Positions 20,653 through 30,246 of a stretch of 64,000 nt of DNA are shown in pieces; within the stretch, counting starts at the first letter, position 1; the number at the start of each line of letters is the position of its first letter. The notes under the pieces are model-generated. The model saw only the letters and a list, made by a program, of their open reading frames with translations, made no database searches and had not been told where the DNA came from. The DNA lies in UHGV virus genome UHGV-1421865. One strand, written 5' to 3'. Origin of the DNA: a virus. Both the position numbers and the translations under genes were made by a program.

Positions 20653-22101
20653 ATGCCTAACTTTATATCAAATAAAAGTCGTATTTTGTTTGTAACAGAC
20701 TCTACTACGCAGTATGTTACGACTACTTCTGGTACGACGCCGTCTATTTCAAAAGCGCATCCTAATGCAGTGTTCTTTACCAGTGATACGTACAACGGTG
20801 CTGTCCCATACAAGTCGGGAGATATTGTAAAGAACGGTGTTATTTATACTCGTGTCTTAGGTATCGCTAAGAGTGTCGTAGGTGAGGGGGCGAGTCGTAC
20901 TGTAACAGTCGCCGACGATACCAACACAGCAAAGGTCTATATCGGTAATAATAAAGAAATATCCCTCAAATTAACCGACAATAACGGTTCTTCAGGGTAT
21001 CTTTATATGCAACCGTCGCAGCGGTTCTACGAGTATATGGACGGATCGGAATTGAAAGGCGCCACGATAAAACTGTATATGTTAGACAATGGACACGAAA
21101 ACAAGCGAAACAGTATCACCTTGCGTTGTATTAACGTAGACAGTACAATACCTAATTATACCGATTTGAAGTCTGACCTTGTACAAACTGTGTATTCCAA
21201 CGACGGCGGGCAACATAAGGTAACGATGTCAATAAAACCGTTATCGGAGTCTGTTAAAAACACTATAAAAGAGAATTGGACAATCAAGGACATCCGATAT
21301 AAGCTGTGGAACGAGAAAGATATTACCATCCAACCTATACACAACTCTTATGTGTACTGTGGTAGCCGCTTACCGTCCGACGATAATAGAACAATAAAGC
21401 CGAAGTTAGAATTTATAAACGAGCCTACGAAATACCTCCGGACATACAATACCTTAGAAGACTTGATAGATAAAGTGTTTTATGTATCATACAACGACTA
21501 TATTGTACTACCCCAGGCATGGTACGACCAAGTAAAGATTTGTATGGCGAACTACCATTCTGAATACTTCGGACATATCACCAATAACAGTGCCGACTTA
21601 CTGTTGAATTCTTCTAAAGAAAACATTATACTAACAGACAGCATAGGAACAAAATATGTCGTGCTTCGTAGTCAGTCGATGAACGGATTTTCTTATATTA
21701 CATTCAAGAAAGGCAGACCTACCCCGGGTGTTGAAACACCTTCCACAAATGACGTATATACCAATAACGGTAATAGCTATGCCGATATTATTAGTTCGTC
21801 GGCGCGACCAAAACGTGTTGCCGCTATTAGAATTAAAAACAATGGCAAGTTGGTAGTAGGACCTGGAAAACGACTTGAAATCGGATATGAAATTGCACGT
21901 TATACGGGTTCTGTGGTTGATAACAGTACAAATCAATTTACTATCGACGAAATTCCGGGTATAAATATAACAAAAGATGCTACTAAGATTACAGTAGCTG
22001 TACCGACGGGAACACCGAATAAGACGATCTATTTACGACTTAAATTCCCAGGCTCGCCGTTTTCACAAGATATTCCTGTTATTATTGATTCAAACGCCTA
22101 A
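20653..22101 (+). CDS. Structural protein of 482 aa
   Basis: ORF followed by a strong hairpin terminator. Confidence 0.55.
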   Translation: MPNFISNKSRILFVTDSTTQYVTTTSGTTPSISKAHPNAVFFTSDTYNGAVPYKSGDIVKNGVIYTRVLGIAKSVVGEGASRTVTVADDTNTAKVYIGNNKEISLKLTDNNGSSGYLYMQPSQRFYEYMDGSELKGATIKLYMLDNGHENKRNSITLRCINVDSTIPNYTDLKSDLVQTVYSNDGGQHKVTMSIKPLSESVKNTIKENWTIKDIRYKLWNEKDITIQPIHNSYVYCGSRLPSDDNRTIKPKLEFINEPTKYLRTYNTLEDLIDKVFYVSYNDYIVLPQAWYDQVKICMANYHSEYFGHITNNSADLLLNSSKENIILTDSIGTKYVVLRSQSMNGFSYITFKKGRPTPGVETPSTNDVYTNNGNSYADIISSSARPKRVAAIRIKNNGKLVVGPGKRLEIGYEIARYTGSVVDNSTNQFTIDEIPGINITKDATKITVAVPTGTPNKTIYLRLKFPGSPFSQDIPVIIDSNA

Positions 22102-22109
22102 AATAATAA

Positions 22110-22141
22110 AGACCCGACTAGTTTAATAACCGGTCGGGTCT
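22110..22141. terminator. Bidirectional hairpin terminator between convergent genes
   Basis: agacccgac-tagtttaataac-cggtcgggtct lies between the stop of the plus gene at 22101 and the stop of the minus gene at 22153. Confidence 0.65.
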
Positions 22142-22152
22142 TATAATTTATT

Positions 22153-22836
22153 TCAGTGTTTATACTTGTAAGAACGCCAGAACTTATGAATTTGTGTAAC
22201 GGTAGCCTTCGAAAAGTTACCTTCTGTGTACACCGCCGTAGCGAACAGTCTGGTCGGTATGACGTAGCTCTGCATTCTAAGTGATGGGACGTACATTTTA
22301 AGTCCGAATTCTATTGACTTGTTTATATTACAAATCGCTTCCAGTCTGTCTTGTGATATGATGGTGTACGGTTTATTAGACGCTTTATTAAAATACTTAT
22401 CGAACCACGGCTTGAATGTTTCGTACACTTTAATCAACATACGGGCTCGCGCGAAGGGAGGATAGTAATGTAAGTTAAATCCTAACTCTCGTATATTTCC
22501 GTCTCGTGTACGTATCATGCCGATAAATAATGTCAATGGGGTTCTGTCGTAGTACGGCAAATCTTCTTTGTGTTTCGGTTGTGTATAGTTAAACAGTACA
22601 AGCTGTCCGGGTAGTAAGTATTTCTTTGTCGGATGCAACTCCCGTTTTATATAGGCATAAGCCAGTTTCACTCGTACCGGTGTCGGCTTATTTAACAACG
22701 GACTGGAATTGATAGCATGCTCTAAGTCGAAGTTCTTGATCTCATCTGGACTATAAATATGTTTTACGTCCTGTTTGATGTCTCGAACTAGCCCCACAGT
22801 CTGTTCCGACTCGTTAATATGTCTATTATTTATCAT
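22153..22836 (-). CDS. Hypothetical protein
   Basis: 227-aa ORF; one copy of the conserved intergenic element sits directly upstream in the same orientation. Confidence 0.5.
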   Translation of the reverse strand: MINNRHINESEQTVGLVRDIKQDVKHIYSPDEIKNFDLEHAINSSPLLNKPTPVRVKLAYAYIKRELHPTKKYLLPGQLVLFNYTQPKHKEDLPYYDRTPLTLFIGMIRTRDGNIRELGFNLHYYPPFARARMLIKVYETFKPWFDKYFNKASNKPYTIISQDRLEAICNINKSIEFGLKMYVPSLRMQSYVIPTRLFATAVYTEGNFSKATVTQIHKFWRSYKYKH

Positions 22837-22857
22837 TCATTTCGGTCTGATTTTGTT

Positions 22858-23008
22858 GATTTTGTACAGTTTCTGTTTTGTGTACTGAGGTGTAAATATA
22901 TAACGTCCCCATAAAGGCACTTTTAAGGCTCTCTAACGCACTCAAATTAGTTGACCTTACCAACACCAAGGTCAAAGAAAAATCGTGCGTTAGAGTGGAG
23001 ATTTTACT
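22858..23008 (-). repeat. Conserved element, copy 2 (minus orientation), immediately upstream of the gene at 22153..22836
   Basis: The reverse complement reads ctctaacgcacgatttttctttgaccttggtgttggtaaggtcaactaatttgagtgcgttagagagccttaaaagtgcctttatgg...cacaaaacagaaactgtacaaa. Confidence 0.8.
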
Positions 23009-23014
23009 AAGTGC

Positions 23015-23371
23015 TTATTTAGTGTTGCCGTCGGTTGTATCGTCTTCGGTGTGTTTGTTTATATAAGTGCCGATTTCTTTCGACGCTAAATTGATAGCTT
23101 CCGATGTTTGTTTTGTATCAAGTTCTTTATAAGGAGGATCGGAATATGCCACAACACCGGGCTTCCCTACCCATAGGTACCATTTATTGTCTGTTTTACC
23201 TAATAGAAATTGGAATTCGTCGTTATAGGTGTATTCTATTTTCTGAAACTTTGAGTCATCATCCAATTCTGAGACTGTGTTACCTTGTTCGTCGTATATA
23301 TTAAAGACAACATCTCGTGTATTATCGGCTGCCGACTCTTGTAGTTTAATAAAAGAATATATTGATTTCAT
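23015..23371 (-). CDS. Hypothetical protein
   Basis: 118-aa ORF. Confidence 0.45.
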   Translation of the reverse strand: MKSIYSFIKLQESAADNTRDVVFNIYDEQGNTVSELDDDSKFQKIEYTYNDEFQFLLGKTDNKWYLWVGKPGVVAYSDPPYKELDTKQTSEAINLASKEIGTYINKHTEDDTTDGNTK

Positions 23372-23372
23372 A

Positions 23373-25031
23373 TTATACGTTTCTTAGTTTGTCAACGAAG
23401 TCGAAAATACAAAGTTGGTCTGTACCTGAATTTTCCGCTTCTTGTTTATATTTGTTATAATACTCTACATTATGGTCTTGTGCCCACCCTAGCGGACTGG
23501 AGATGATTAGATTCGCACCGAAATCACCGTGACATTGTCGTTCTACGAGACCGTCGCGCAACGAAACATCTTCTGGACATCCAATCTCTTTCATTTTGTC
23601 GATAACAGCTTGGTGGCTATACCCTCGACCCCATGTGTTATAATAAAGTATATTGGTATATTTCTCTTTACAACGTTTTACGAAATGAATAAAAGCGTCT
23701 AAGCTATCTCCTTCGTGGTACAGCCGAACATAGCATCTTTCCGGAAACTTGTTTATAATATCCAACGCTGTTTCGACACTGAACTTGTACTTTCCCCAAC
23801 CGTGGTATGTATAACCGTCGTCGGTAGCCGTACCGTGTCGCCACGAACATTTCGGTCGTAAGTCGAAGTAGCGAACACCCATATCGTATTGCTCGTACAA
23901 GTTGATACGTTGACAGGTCGATTTCGACTCCAGCGCCTTTTGGAATATATTACCTGCAAACTTAGCGAAAGTACAACTGTTATGTGTACCGAAGATAACA
24001 CGTCCCGTAGGAATTTTCTTTATAATAGCATTTCTCATAATTACTACATTATTATACGATACTTTTAACGACACTGGTACATCTCTACCTTTTACTTGTT
24101 TTAGTACACGAACAGTGAGTTTATAATAGAAATTCGACAAGTCTTCTCTGGTAACTTCCAGGTATTCGTTGTCGTATTCTACATTGAAATCGGACGGTAC
24201 TGTCTTTTGCTCTGCACCTTGCTGTTGATATGCCTTAAATACAAGTTCTACTGTATTGTCTTTACTAAGTACCATAGGATTGTCCTTTATAAGCGACGTA
24301 TCTAATAAATGATATGTTATCGGAAGTTCCTTTCGTACGACACTGAGTCTTATTTCGTCACGCCCGATACGAATAACTCTATCTGACACATCACTACTCG
24401 TGCTGGTAAATTTCAGTCTGTATATGCACTCTTCTGTTAGCGTCGTTGTTTCGATTGTGAATTTAGACGTATCGTAATCTATATTCGGCAAATTCCAAAT
24501 CCGGGTACCATTTTCGTCCCGTACAGTACTCTTTATATCTATTATAACAAAACCGTCGGCGTCGATACTAGTCGGGCGATTAAGTATTTCTGTATTGTAG
24601 ACTATGCTTGTTAACACCGTATATTCTTTATTATAAATAATATCACCGTCAACATTAGTCACAACTAGATTATAAGTACCTGATTTGTACGGCATTATGT
24701 TGATTATTTTTTGAGATAAGTCTATTGTCGTTGTTTTGTCGCCGAAAGTAGCTGTTAAAGTGTCTGTACGGCCGTCTCTATCGGTACCTTTATAAGCCGT
24801 TATATTATAGCTAATTGTTGTTTGTTGTCCTACTCGCAGCACTACATTTTCAGTAACAGAAATAGATGATATTCGTTTCAGTACGACATGGTCTTGGGGC
24901 GCTACACTGTTTTGTTGTATATATTCTAGTATATAAGAACGAAATTTAGGATTGTCCATACAAGATCTTATAAAACGAGAAGATAACGTTTTTGCTTTTG
25001 CCAGCTTTATATAATACTCTTTTTCTGTCAT
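23373..25031 (-). CDS. Ig-like-domain protein with a C-terminal PI-PLC X-domain-like phosphodiesterase
   Basis: The C-terminal region contains IFGTHNSCTF...VRYFDLR..., which matches the catalytic-core pattern of PI-PLC-like phosphodiesterases (GTH[DN]S ... RYxDLR). The N-terminal half reads as beta-sandwich or Ig-like segments. The ATGA start/stop overlap couples it to the small ORF upstream. Confidence 0.6.
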   Translation of the reverse strand: MTEKEYYIKLAKAKTLSSRFIRSCMDNPKFRSYILEYIQQNSVAPQDHVVLKRISSISVTENVVLRVGQQTTISYNITAYKGTDRDGRTDTLTATFGDKTTTIDLSQKIINIMPYKSGTYNLVVTNVDGDIIYNKEYTVLTSIVYNTEILNRPTSIDADGFVIIDIKSTVRDENGTRIWNLPNIDYDTSKFTIETTTLTEECIYRLKFTSTSSDVSDRVIRIGRDEIRLSVVRKELPITYHLLDTSLIKDNPMVLSKDNTVELVFKAYQQQGAEQKTVPSDFNVEYDNEYLEVTREDLSNFYYKLTVRVLKQVKGRDVPVSLKVSYNNVVIMRNAIIKKIPTGRVIFGTHNSCTFAKFAGNIFQKALESKSTCQRINLYEQYDMGVRYFDLRPKCSWRHGTATDDGYTYHGWGKYKFSVETALDIINKFPERCYVRLYHEGDSLDAFIHFVKRCKEKYTNILYYNTWGRGYSHQAVIDKMKEIGCPEDVSLRDGLVERQCHGDFGANLIISSPLGWAQDHNVEYYNKYKQEAENSGTDQLCIFDFVDKLRNV

Positions 25032-25207
25032 TGTGTTTTTCTTTGTAGTTTTCCGTTCGCGACCAAATAGTCCAATATATATGATTTCATCTGTTCGAAC
25101 TCCGGACTGGAATAAAACTCGTCGCTGAGTGATTCAGCCTCATCTGCGATAAACGAGTATTCTACATCGCCGACTATTATAGATTCTATATATTCCTTCT
25201 CGTCCAT
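25028..25207 (-). CDS. Small acidic protein of 59 aa
   Basis: I translated it by hand as MDEKEYIESIIVGDVEYSFIADEAESLSDEFYSSPEFEQMKSYILDYLVANGKLQRKTQ. Its TGA overlaps the ATG of the downstream gene. Confidence 0.35.
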   Translation of the reverse strand: MDEKEYIESIIVGDVEYSFIADEAESLSDEFYSSPEFEQMKSYILDYLVANGKLQRKTQ

Positions 25208-25274
25208 TTATACTTATATTGTATATAAATGATAATCCTTTCGTCTGCGTATTTACTATGTATACAAAACATTC

Positions 25275-25431
25275 AAAAACTTGCCCTCTAACGCACGATT
25301 TTTGTTGAGGCTTAGTAGTACCAAGGTAAGTGTATTTGAGTGCGTCAGAGAGCCTTAAAAGTGCCTTTATGGACGTGTCACGTATTTGTACGTCGGTGGG
25401 AAAAACACAAACCGGTCAAAATCGACAAAAT
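25275..25431 (+). repeat. Conserved element, copy 3 (plus orientation, between minus-strand genes); a hairpin and a plus-strand terminator follow it
   Basis: cttgccctctaacgcacgatttttgttgaggcttagtagtaccaaggtaagtgtatttgagtgcgtcagagagccttaaaagtgcctttatggacgtg...aaacacaaaccggtcaaaatc. Confidence 0.8.
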
Positions 25432-25532
25432 CAGGCATACTTTTATAGAAAGAATACCTGATTTGTACGTCACAGAACGATACATTGTACGATCTGTGTT
25501 CTATTCAACGGGATTGTTAGTACAGAACCGTC

Positions 25533-25566
25533 GGGCTGTACCTTCGAGACGTAGCCCTGTTTTTTA
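25533..25566 (+). terminator. Plus-strand rho-independent terminator downstream of element copy 3
   Basis: gggctgtaccttcgagacgtagccc followed by tgtttttt. Confidence 0.55.
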
Positions 25567-25617
25567 ATAGTCGACAGTATATCGTCTGTTATGGGGTCTT
25601 TATTGATTCTAACACCG

Positions 25618-26559
25618 TTAGAGTAGATGTTCCAGTTCTTTGTTTGTGTATCCATGATTTTCTCCGAACAGTTTTATAACAAATGCGTTATTATACTGTG
25701 CCATCTCATCAAAGCCACTATCGAGACTAGTCTTTCCGTCCATAACACCGCTAATATCGACCAGGGCGCGTTCGTACATCGCTTTAATGACATCTTTGTC
25801 GTTGATGTCATTCAGCGTTTCTGCAATGGCCTTGACAGTACCCAGTCGACTTTTCGGTCTGTCGCCATTGACAATAGAATTTCTCTGTGCACTATAATTT
25901 ACTTCGACGCTATTGATAATAACAATCTTACGGGCTCGCATCAACCACTGTGGTATCGTCCGAACATCTTCAAACTCACGTTCTCTACTATACGGATAAC
26001 TCAGTACTATTTTTCGTGTATAGATTTTGTTCCATACATTGAATTTGATAGCATTCTCCTTATATAGCGAAATAAGTGCTTGTTTCGGGTTGTTTTCAAT
26101 ACCGAACGACTCTTTTACAACACTGTTCTTTAGTCTACCGCTCAAATCACGAACTCGAACGCCGTATTCGACAATATCAGCGTTGTTTTCTAGTATTGTG
26201 ATTACAGCCGCATGGACGAAATCGGCGTTGATATAGTAGTCGTCTGCATCTAAAAACATAAAGTAGTCACCGGTACCGGCGTCGATACCGACAGCACGAG
26301 CATATCCACAACCCATATTTTCCGACAGCTCTATACTTTTATATGCGATATGGGAATTATCCGGACGTTCCGAAATCAGCCGTTCTGCAACTGTCATCGA
26401 CGAATCGGTACTACCGTCGTTAACCAGGATAAATTCAATGTTGACGTCGTCTGTTCGCTGCTTTAGAATAGACTGAACTGCACGACCTATGGTTGTCTCG
26501 GCATTGTATACCGTCATTATAATAGACACTTTATGTCTTTGTACGTCCTGTTCGTTCAT
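25618..26559 (-). CDS. Family-2 glycosyltransferase
   Basis: N-terminal SIIMTVYNAE...LVNDGSTDSS and a later DADD motif are typical of GT2 (GT-A fold). Confidence 0.75.
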   Translation of the reverse strand: MNEQDVQRHKVSIIMTVYNAETTIGRAVQSILKQRTDDVNIEFILVNDGSTDSSMTVAERLISERPDNSHIAYKSIELSENMGCGYARAVGIDAGTGDYFMFLDADDYYINADFVHAAVITILENNADIVEYGVRVRDLSGRLKNSVVKESFGIENNPKQALISLYKENAIKFNVWNKIYTRKIVLSYPYSREREFEDVRTIPQWLMRARKIVIINSVEVNYSAQRNSIVNGDRPKSRLGTVKAIAETLNDINDKDVIKAMYERALVDISGVMDGKTSLDSGFDEMAQYNNAFVIKLFGENHGYTNKELEHLL

Positions 26560-27157
26560 ATTGTGGGTAGTTAAAGATTAAAATAGTAGTGTCGTCGATG
26601 CGATTTAGTACCGGGAATGTTAACGTAGACTTTGTAGATGCCTTCTTAACAGTGCCTTTGCCAGTAACGATAACAAAATCACCGGGTTGGACGCTACTGT
26701 CATCACAAAGTACGTAGCATTTACCTAAGATATTCACTTGTCGCCATTCCTGCCGTGTGCTACGAGGCATATATATGGCACTGTCATCGTAATCTGGGTG
26801 TTTAATAGGTGTGTATTCAACATCCTTTACGGTTGTCATAATCGTCATTTCCAGTACCGGGTCGTAGACTTTCTGACCGCGCAAGATGTCTTTTCGTTCC
26901 ATATACGGGTCCCCCATACCGTTTGCACACCATTTCAACGGGTGTTCTTCTGGGTCGTCGGAGACATATTCCCCGTTCATCGCTGTGAACCCTAAGAAGA
27001 AACCACCGGTATACGGTTCTATCTTACCGGGTTCTGTCTTCGACAGCTGTACCGGTGTACCGTAAGGGAGCGACCCTGTCAGATCGCTCCTTATCTCGTA
27101 CATCTCACAGACACCGAATTTATGAACAAAATCCTGATAGTCTATAATGTTTTTCAT
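26531..27157 (-). CDS. Hypothetical protein
   Basis: 208-aa ORF. Confidence 0.45.
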   Translation of the reverse strand: MKNIIDYQDFVHKFGVCEMYEIRSDLTGSLPYGTPVQLSKTEPGKIEPYTGGFFLGFTAMNGEYVSDDPEEHPLKWCANGMGDPYMERKDILRGQKVYDPVLEMTIMTTVKDVEYTPIKHPDYDDSAIYMPRSTRQEWRQVNILGKCYVLCDDSSVQPGDFVIVTGKGTVKKASTKSTLTFPVLNRIDDTTILIFNYPQYERTGRTKT

Positions 27158-27160
27158 GTA

Positions 27161-27562
27161 TTATCCCAGTAGCTGTTTCTCTTCCTTGGTTCGTAGCATA
27201 TCGAGGGGCATATACTCCCAGTATGTCGTCATCATTTCCGAGAAGGCATTGTAATCGAAATCCTTAAAGACTTCCATTACCAACATCGGATTATTGTAAG
27301 CATTCTCCGCAGCGATGTCGATACCGTCCTGTACCAGTACATTGTGTTCGTCGGGGTGTTGTTTTGCCATACCGACATACAGTACGTACTTCGGCATTTG
27401 CCCGTCGATCTTATAAAGATTACCGACAAAGGTGACAGCCTGCTCTCTTCCGGTTTTGTAGTACTTGCGACCGGCAATAACTACCGGCTTCAATACTTCA
27501 CGGTTCTCTGTCAGAGATGTCCAGCTGAAGGACTTTACAAATTCTTTTGATACGTCGATCAT
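27161..27562 (-). CDS. Hypothetical protein
   Basis: 133-aa ORF. Confidence 0.45.
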   Translation of the reverse strand: MIDVSKEFVKSFSWTSLTENREVLKPVVIAGRKYYKTGREQAVTFVGNLYKIDGQMPKYVLYVGMAKQHPDEHNVLVQDGIDIAAENAYNNPMLVMEVFKDFDYNAFSEMMTTYWEYMPLDMLRTKEEKQLLG

Positions 27563-27582
27563 TATAATTTATTATTAAAAAG

Positions 27583-28815
27583 TTAAAAAAGTTCTAGTTG
27601 TACAGCCTCTCCGACTTCACAATCCGGTAGCTGCATTGTTGTCATAAAACGATTAAGCGGAATAATCACCGTCTTGTCCCATTGAATTGTTCTGTTCGGT
27701 ACCGGTGCCCATTCCGGCAACTCACCCTGTGGGAATGCAAAATACTGTCCTTTGTCGAATTCGTAGTATTTAATCTTCCCGGATGTCGTCTTCAGGAACT
27801 TCTGGTTGTTTTTGTACGCCAGATGGTTATAGCGAGCGATACCATGAACACTAACGGGACAACGTTTTTCGAGTAACAACATCTCTTCGTCGTCTATAAC
27901 ATATTTCTTATAGTTACCGATACCGACGCTCGACGAAATATCCTGTACCGGTGCCGTCATGAACTCGTCGCGGTACTTTAACAGTTTCTTGTTAAATTCG
28001 GTTAAGAAAGTACTTTTATCGCTCACATTATAGTCGAACATCAACATCTTCACCATATCGGTAAGGATTTTACGCGACAGCTGTGGCGTCGTCGACTTGA
28101 TGATTTCGATACCGGTACCCGATACCTTCGGACTGTCCAAGAATTTACCTTTATTAAAGACGAGACCTTTGATGTATTTCTTCTTCTTTAGATAAATACA
28201 CGACTTGGAAATTGTCTCAAGCTCAAATTCATGGATGCTAGTTGCATGACGAGGTTTGTAAATCGCCTCGCACCATTCGTTATTCAGCTTATTCTGGAAT
28301 TCTGTATTATAACGAAGAATCCATTCTGTCTTTGCTCTGTCGGACTTGTACAGTTCTTTGTATTCCGGTGTCATACACTCGAAGAACGTACCGTAGCTGA
28401 CATATACCGAATCGGTATCGGAGAACACTGCGACCTGTTGTTGTCGATACCAGTCGTGTTTAGACTCGTCCAGAGCGAAATTAAATTGTTCCCATAGGTC
28501 GTACCGTGTCCAGATGGTCTCATGGAACCACTCTTGCATATTGTGCCACATCGTTTGTGTTAGATGCCGACACTCACCGGTAATGTCACCTGCCAATTCT
28601 ACGTTATAAAAATAGAATCCTGGATTTCCACTCGCACCGTATGCCCCGTTACCGGCCAATTTCTTAGACAATTCGAACATGGTATAGTCGTGACGGAGGT
28701 CTTCGACCTTGTCCCGTAGTTCTGTTAGCTCTTCCAACGACATATTTGCCATCGCCTCTGGTGATGTCTTCAATACGTCAGAAATAATTGTCTTGATGTC
28801 GGGAGAAAATTCCAT
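27583..28815 (-). CDS. Family-B DNA polymerase, C-terminal (palm/thumb) portion only
   Basis: Motif B-like KKLAGNGAYGASGNPGFYFYNVELAGDITGECRHL (compare KxxxNSxYG...YYD...AxxITxxGR) and motif C VFSDTDSVYV (YGDTDS). Neither an exonuclease domain nor motif A (DxxSLYPS) is present in this ORF or in the adjacent ORFs. Confidence 0.7.
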   Translation of the reverse strand: MEFSPDIKTIISDVLKTSPEAMANMSLEELTELRDKVEDLRHDYTMFELSKKLAGNGAYGASGNPGFYFYNVELAGDITGECRHLTQTMWHNMQEWFHETIWTRYDLWEQFNFALDESKHDWYRQQQVAVFSDTDSVYVSYGTFFECMTPEYKELYKSDRAKTEWILRYNTEFQNKLNNEWCEAIYKPRHATSIHEFELETISKSCIYLKKKKYIKGLVFNKGKFLDSPKVSGTGIEIIKSTTPQLSRKILTDMVKMLMFDYNVSDKSTFLTEFNKKLLKYRDEFMTAPVQDISSSVGIGNYKKYVIDDEEMLLLEKRCPVSVHGIARYNHLAYKNNQKFLKTTSGKIKYYEFDKGQYFAFPQGELPEWAPVPNRTIQWDKTVIIPLNRFMTTMQLPDCEVGEAVQLELF

Positions 28816-28887
28816 TTTAGATATGTAGTAGTATTCTATATTATTTAGTGTTTAACACCAGAGCCTATAGAAAGATTCTACAGAATA

Positions 28888-29226
28888 TCACATAAGACCC
28901 AGTGTGTTCGGTACCTTACCGTTCGTTACCGGCGTCGGCATACTGTTAATCACAGCCACCTGTGCGACCGGACTGCCTGCTGTCATGATAGTACCGTAGA
29001 TCTGCGCGTTTTTAACGTAATAGTCGATTGCATTTGCAATACTAGACGCCAGCGGCTGTGATACAAGTTCGTCAAAGGTATCTGCAAAGCGTTGTGCTTT
29101 CTCTTCTGCGAGTTTAGATTTACCGAATTGACAATAGTCTTGTAATACACAGTGCCGGATAGCGTCTTTAAGGTATTTGCTAAATGCAGCTTTTAATTGC
29201 GATTCTAGCGCACTTGCATTTAACAT
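28888..29226 (-). CDS. Hypothetical protein
   Basis: 112-aa ORF. Confidence 0.4.
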   Translation of the reverse strand: MLNASALESQLKAAFSKYLKDAIRHCVLQDYCQFGKSKLAEEKAQRFADTFDELVSQPLASSIANAIDYYVKNAQIYGTIMTAGSPVAQVAVINSMPTPVTNGKVPNTLGLM

Positions 29227-29253
29227 GTTGAATATCAGATATTTATTAACTCG

Positions 29254-29703
29254 TTACTGAGCCATTACAAAGTCACAAAATTGACGAAGGTATTCGTAGT
29301 CTGCTTTGTCTACAGTACCTTTGGTATCATAAAGATACTTGATGATCCAATGTCCGTACTTAGAAGGGGTCAGTACAGGTGAGCTGCAGTCACACTTAGC
29401 GTACGTGTTGTTGTCACAAGTCTTCAGTCGAGCGAGGACATCAATGTTATTTTTGAGGATCTTATCGAAACTATCTTGTGACGACTTGTCGTCCTCAGGC
29501 TGGTCTTTTTCTTGACTGATACCGTCATCGTCAGCATCGTCGTTGCAACCGAACACCTCTGTAAGCAATGCGACAAGTGCATTTTGAAGTGCTTCAAATT
29601 CTTGTTTCACTTCTTTATGTTCATTTACATTGTCCTTTTGTTGTTCTTGTTTGGACTGTTCTTGGTCGCTTTGAAGTAAATTAAAAAGTTCGTCGAGTGT
29701 CAT
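29254..29703 (-). CDS. Hypothetical acidic protein
   Basis: 149-aa ORF. Confidence 0.45.
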   Translation of the reverse strand: MTLDELFNLLQSDQEQSKQEQQKDNVNEHKEVKQEFEALQNALVALLTEVFGCNDDADDDGISQEKDQPEDDKSSQDSFDKILKNNIDVLARLKTCDNNTYAKCDCSSPVLTPSKYGHWIIKYLYDTKGTVDKADYEYLRQFCDFVMAQ

Positions 29704-29708
29704 AATTT

Positions 29709-30056
29709 TTACTGATTTAGTTTATAAAAGAAATTAAGTTTATAGTTGTTGTTTTCGTCGCGGTTTCGTTCCGTCATAGAACGATCGGCTTCGTTGATTT
29801 GTTCTTCTGTCCACGGCCCGTCTCCGTTTGCGTCGTAGAACTTGCCGTCTCTGTATTGAAACGTCGCTTCGTAGTCAGGTTCCCAGTTACCCGGTGAGTC
29901 TATCTTCATCAACGTCCAAAATCCAGGTGTCTTTATATCTCGAAGAAGTTTTGCTACTGTCATATTTTTTATATAAACTAGTGAACTACTTAAGAGTTTT
30001 ACTACTGTATTACTATTTGTTAAATAAAAGTACCCAAGATACCGAATACAACACAC
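29709..30056 (-). CDS. Hypothetical protein
   Basis: 115-aa ORF. Confidence 0.45.
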   Translation of the reverse strand: MCCIRYLGYFYLTNSNTVVKLLSSSLVYIKNMTVAKLLRDIKTPGFWTLMKIDSPGNWEPDYEATFQYRDGKFYDANGDGPWTEEQINEADRSMTERNRDENNNYKLNFFYKLNQ

Positions 30057-30211
30057 AACAAAGTAATAGCGATAGCGATGATAATTACACTTGATATGCT
30101 GTTAATAAGTAGACTAATACCTTGCCATAGGAGTCCGAACACAAAACCGGATACTTTGAAGAATACCCCGATGCCTACAACAAATAATAGGATGAAAAGT
30201 AGAACTGACAT
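30020..30211 (-). CDS. Small membrane protein with two predicted TM helices
   Basis: 63 aa, strongly hydrophobic: LLFILLFVVGIGVFF...IIIAIAITLLCVVFGILG. Confidence 0.4.
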   Translation of the reverse strand: MSVLLFILLFVVGIGVFFKVSGFVFGLLWQGISLLINSISSVIIIAIAITLLCVVFGILGTFI

Positions 30212-30246
30212 ATTAAATAGTCTCTTTTATTTGTATTCGGTTATTA

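Noticed and set aside
25340-25567. 75-aa plus ORF inside element copy 3
   Set aside because: It overlaps the conserved structured element, which is non-coding in all other copies, and has an Arg-rich composition typical of out-of-frame translation.
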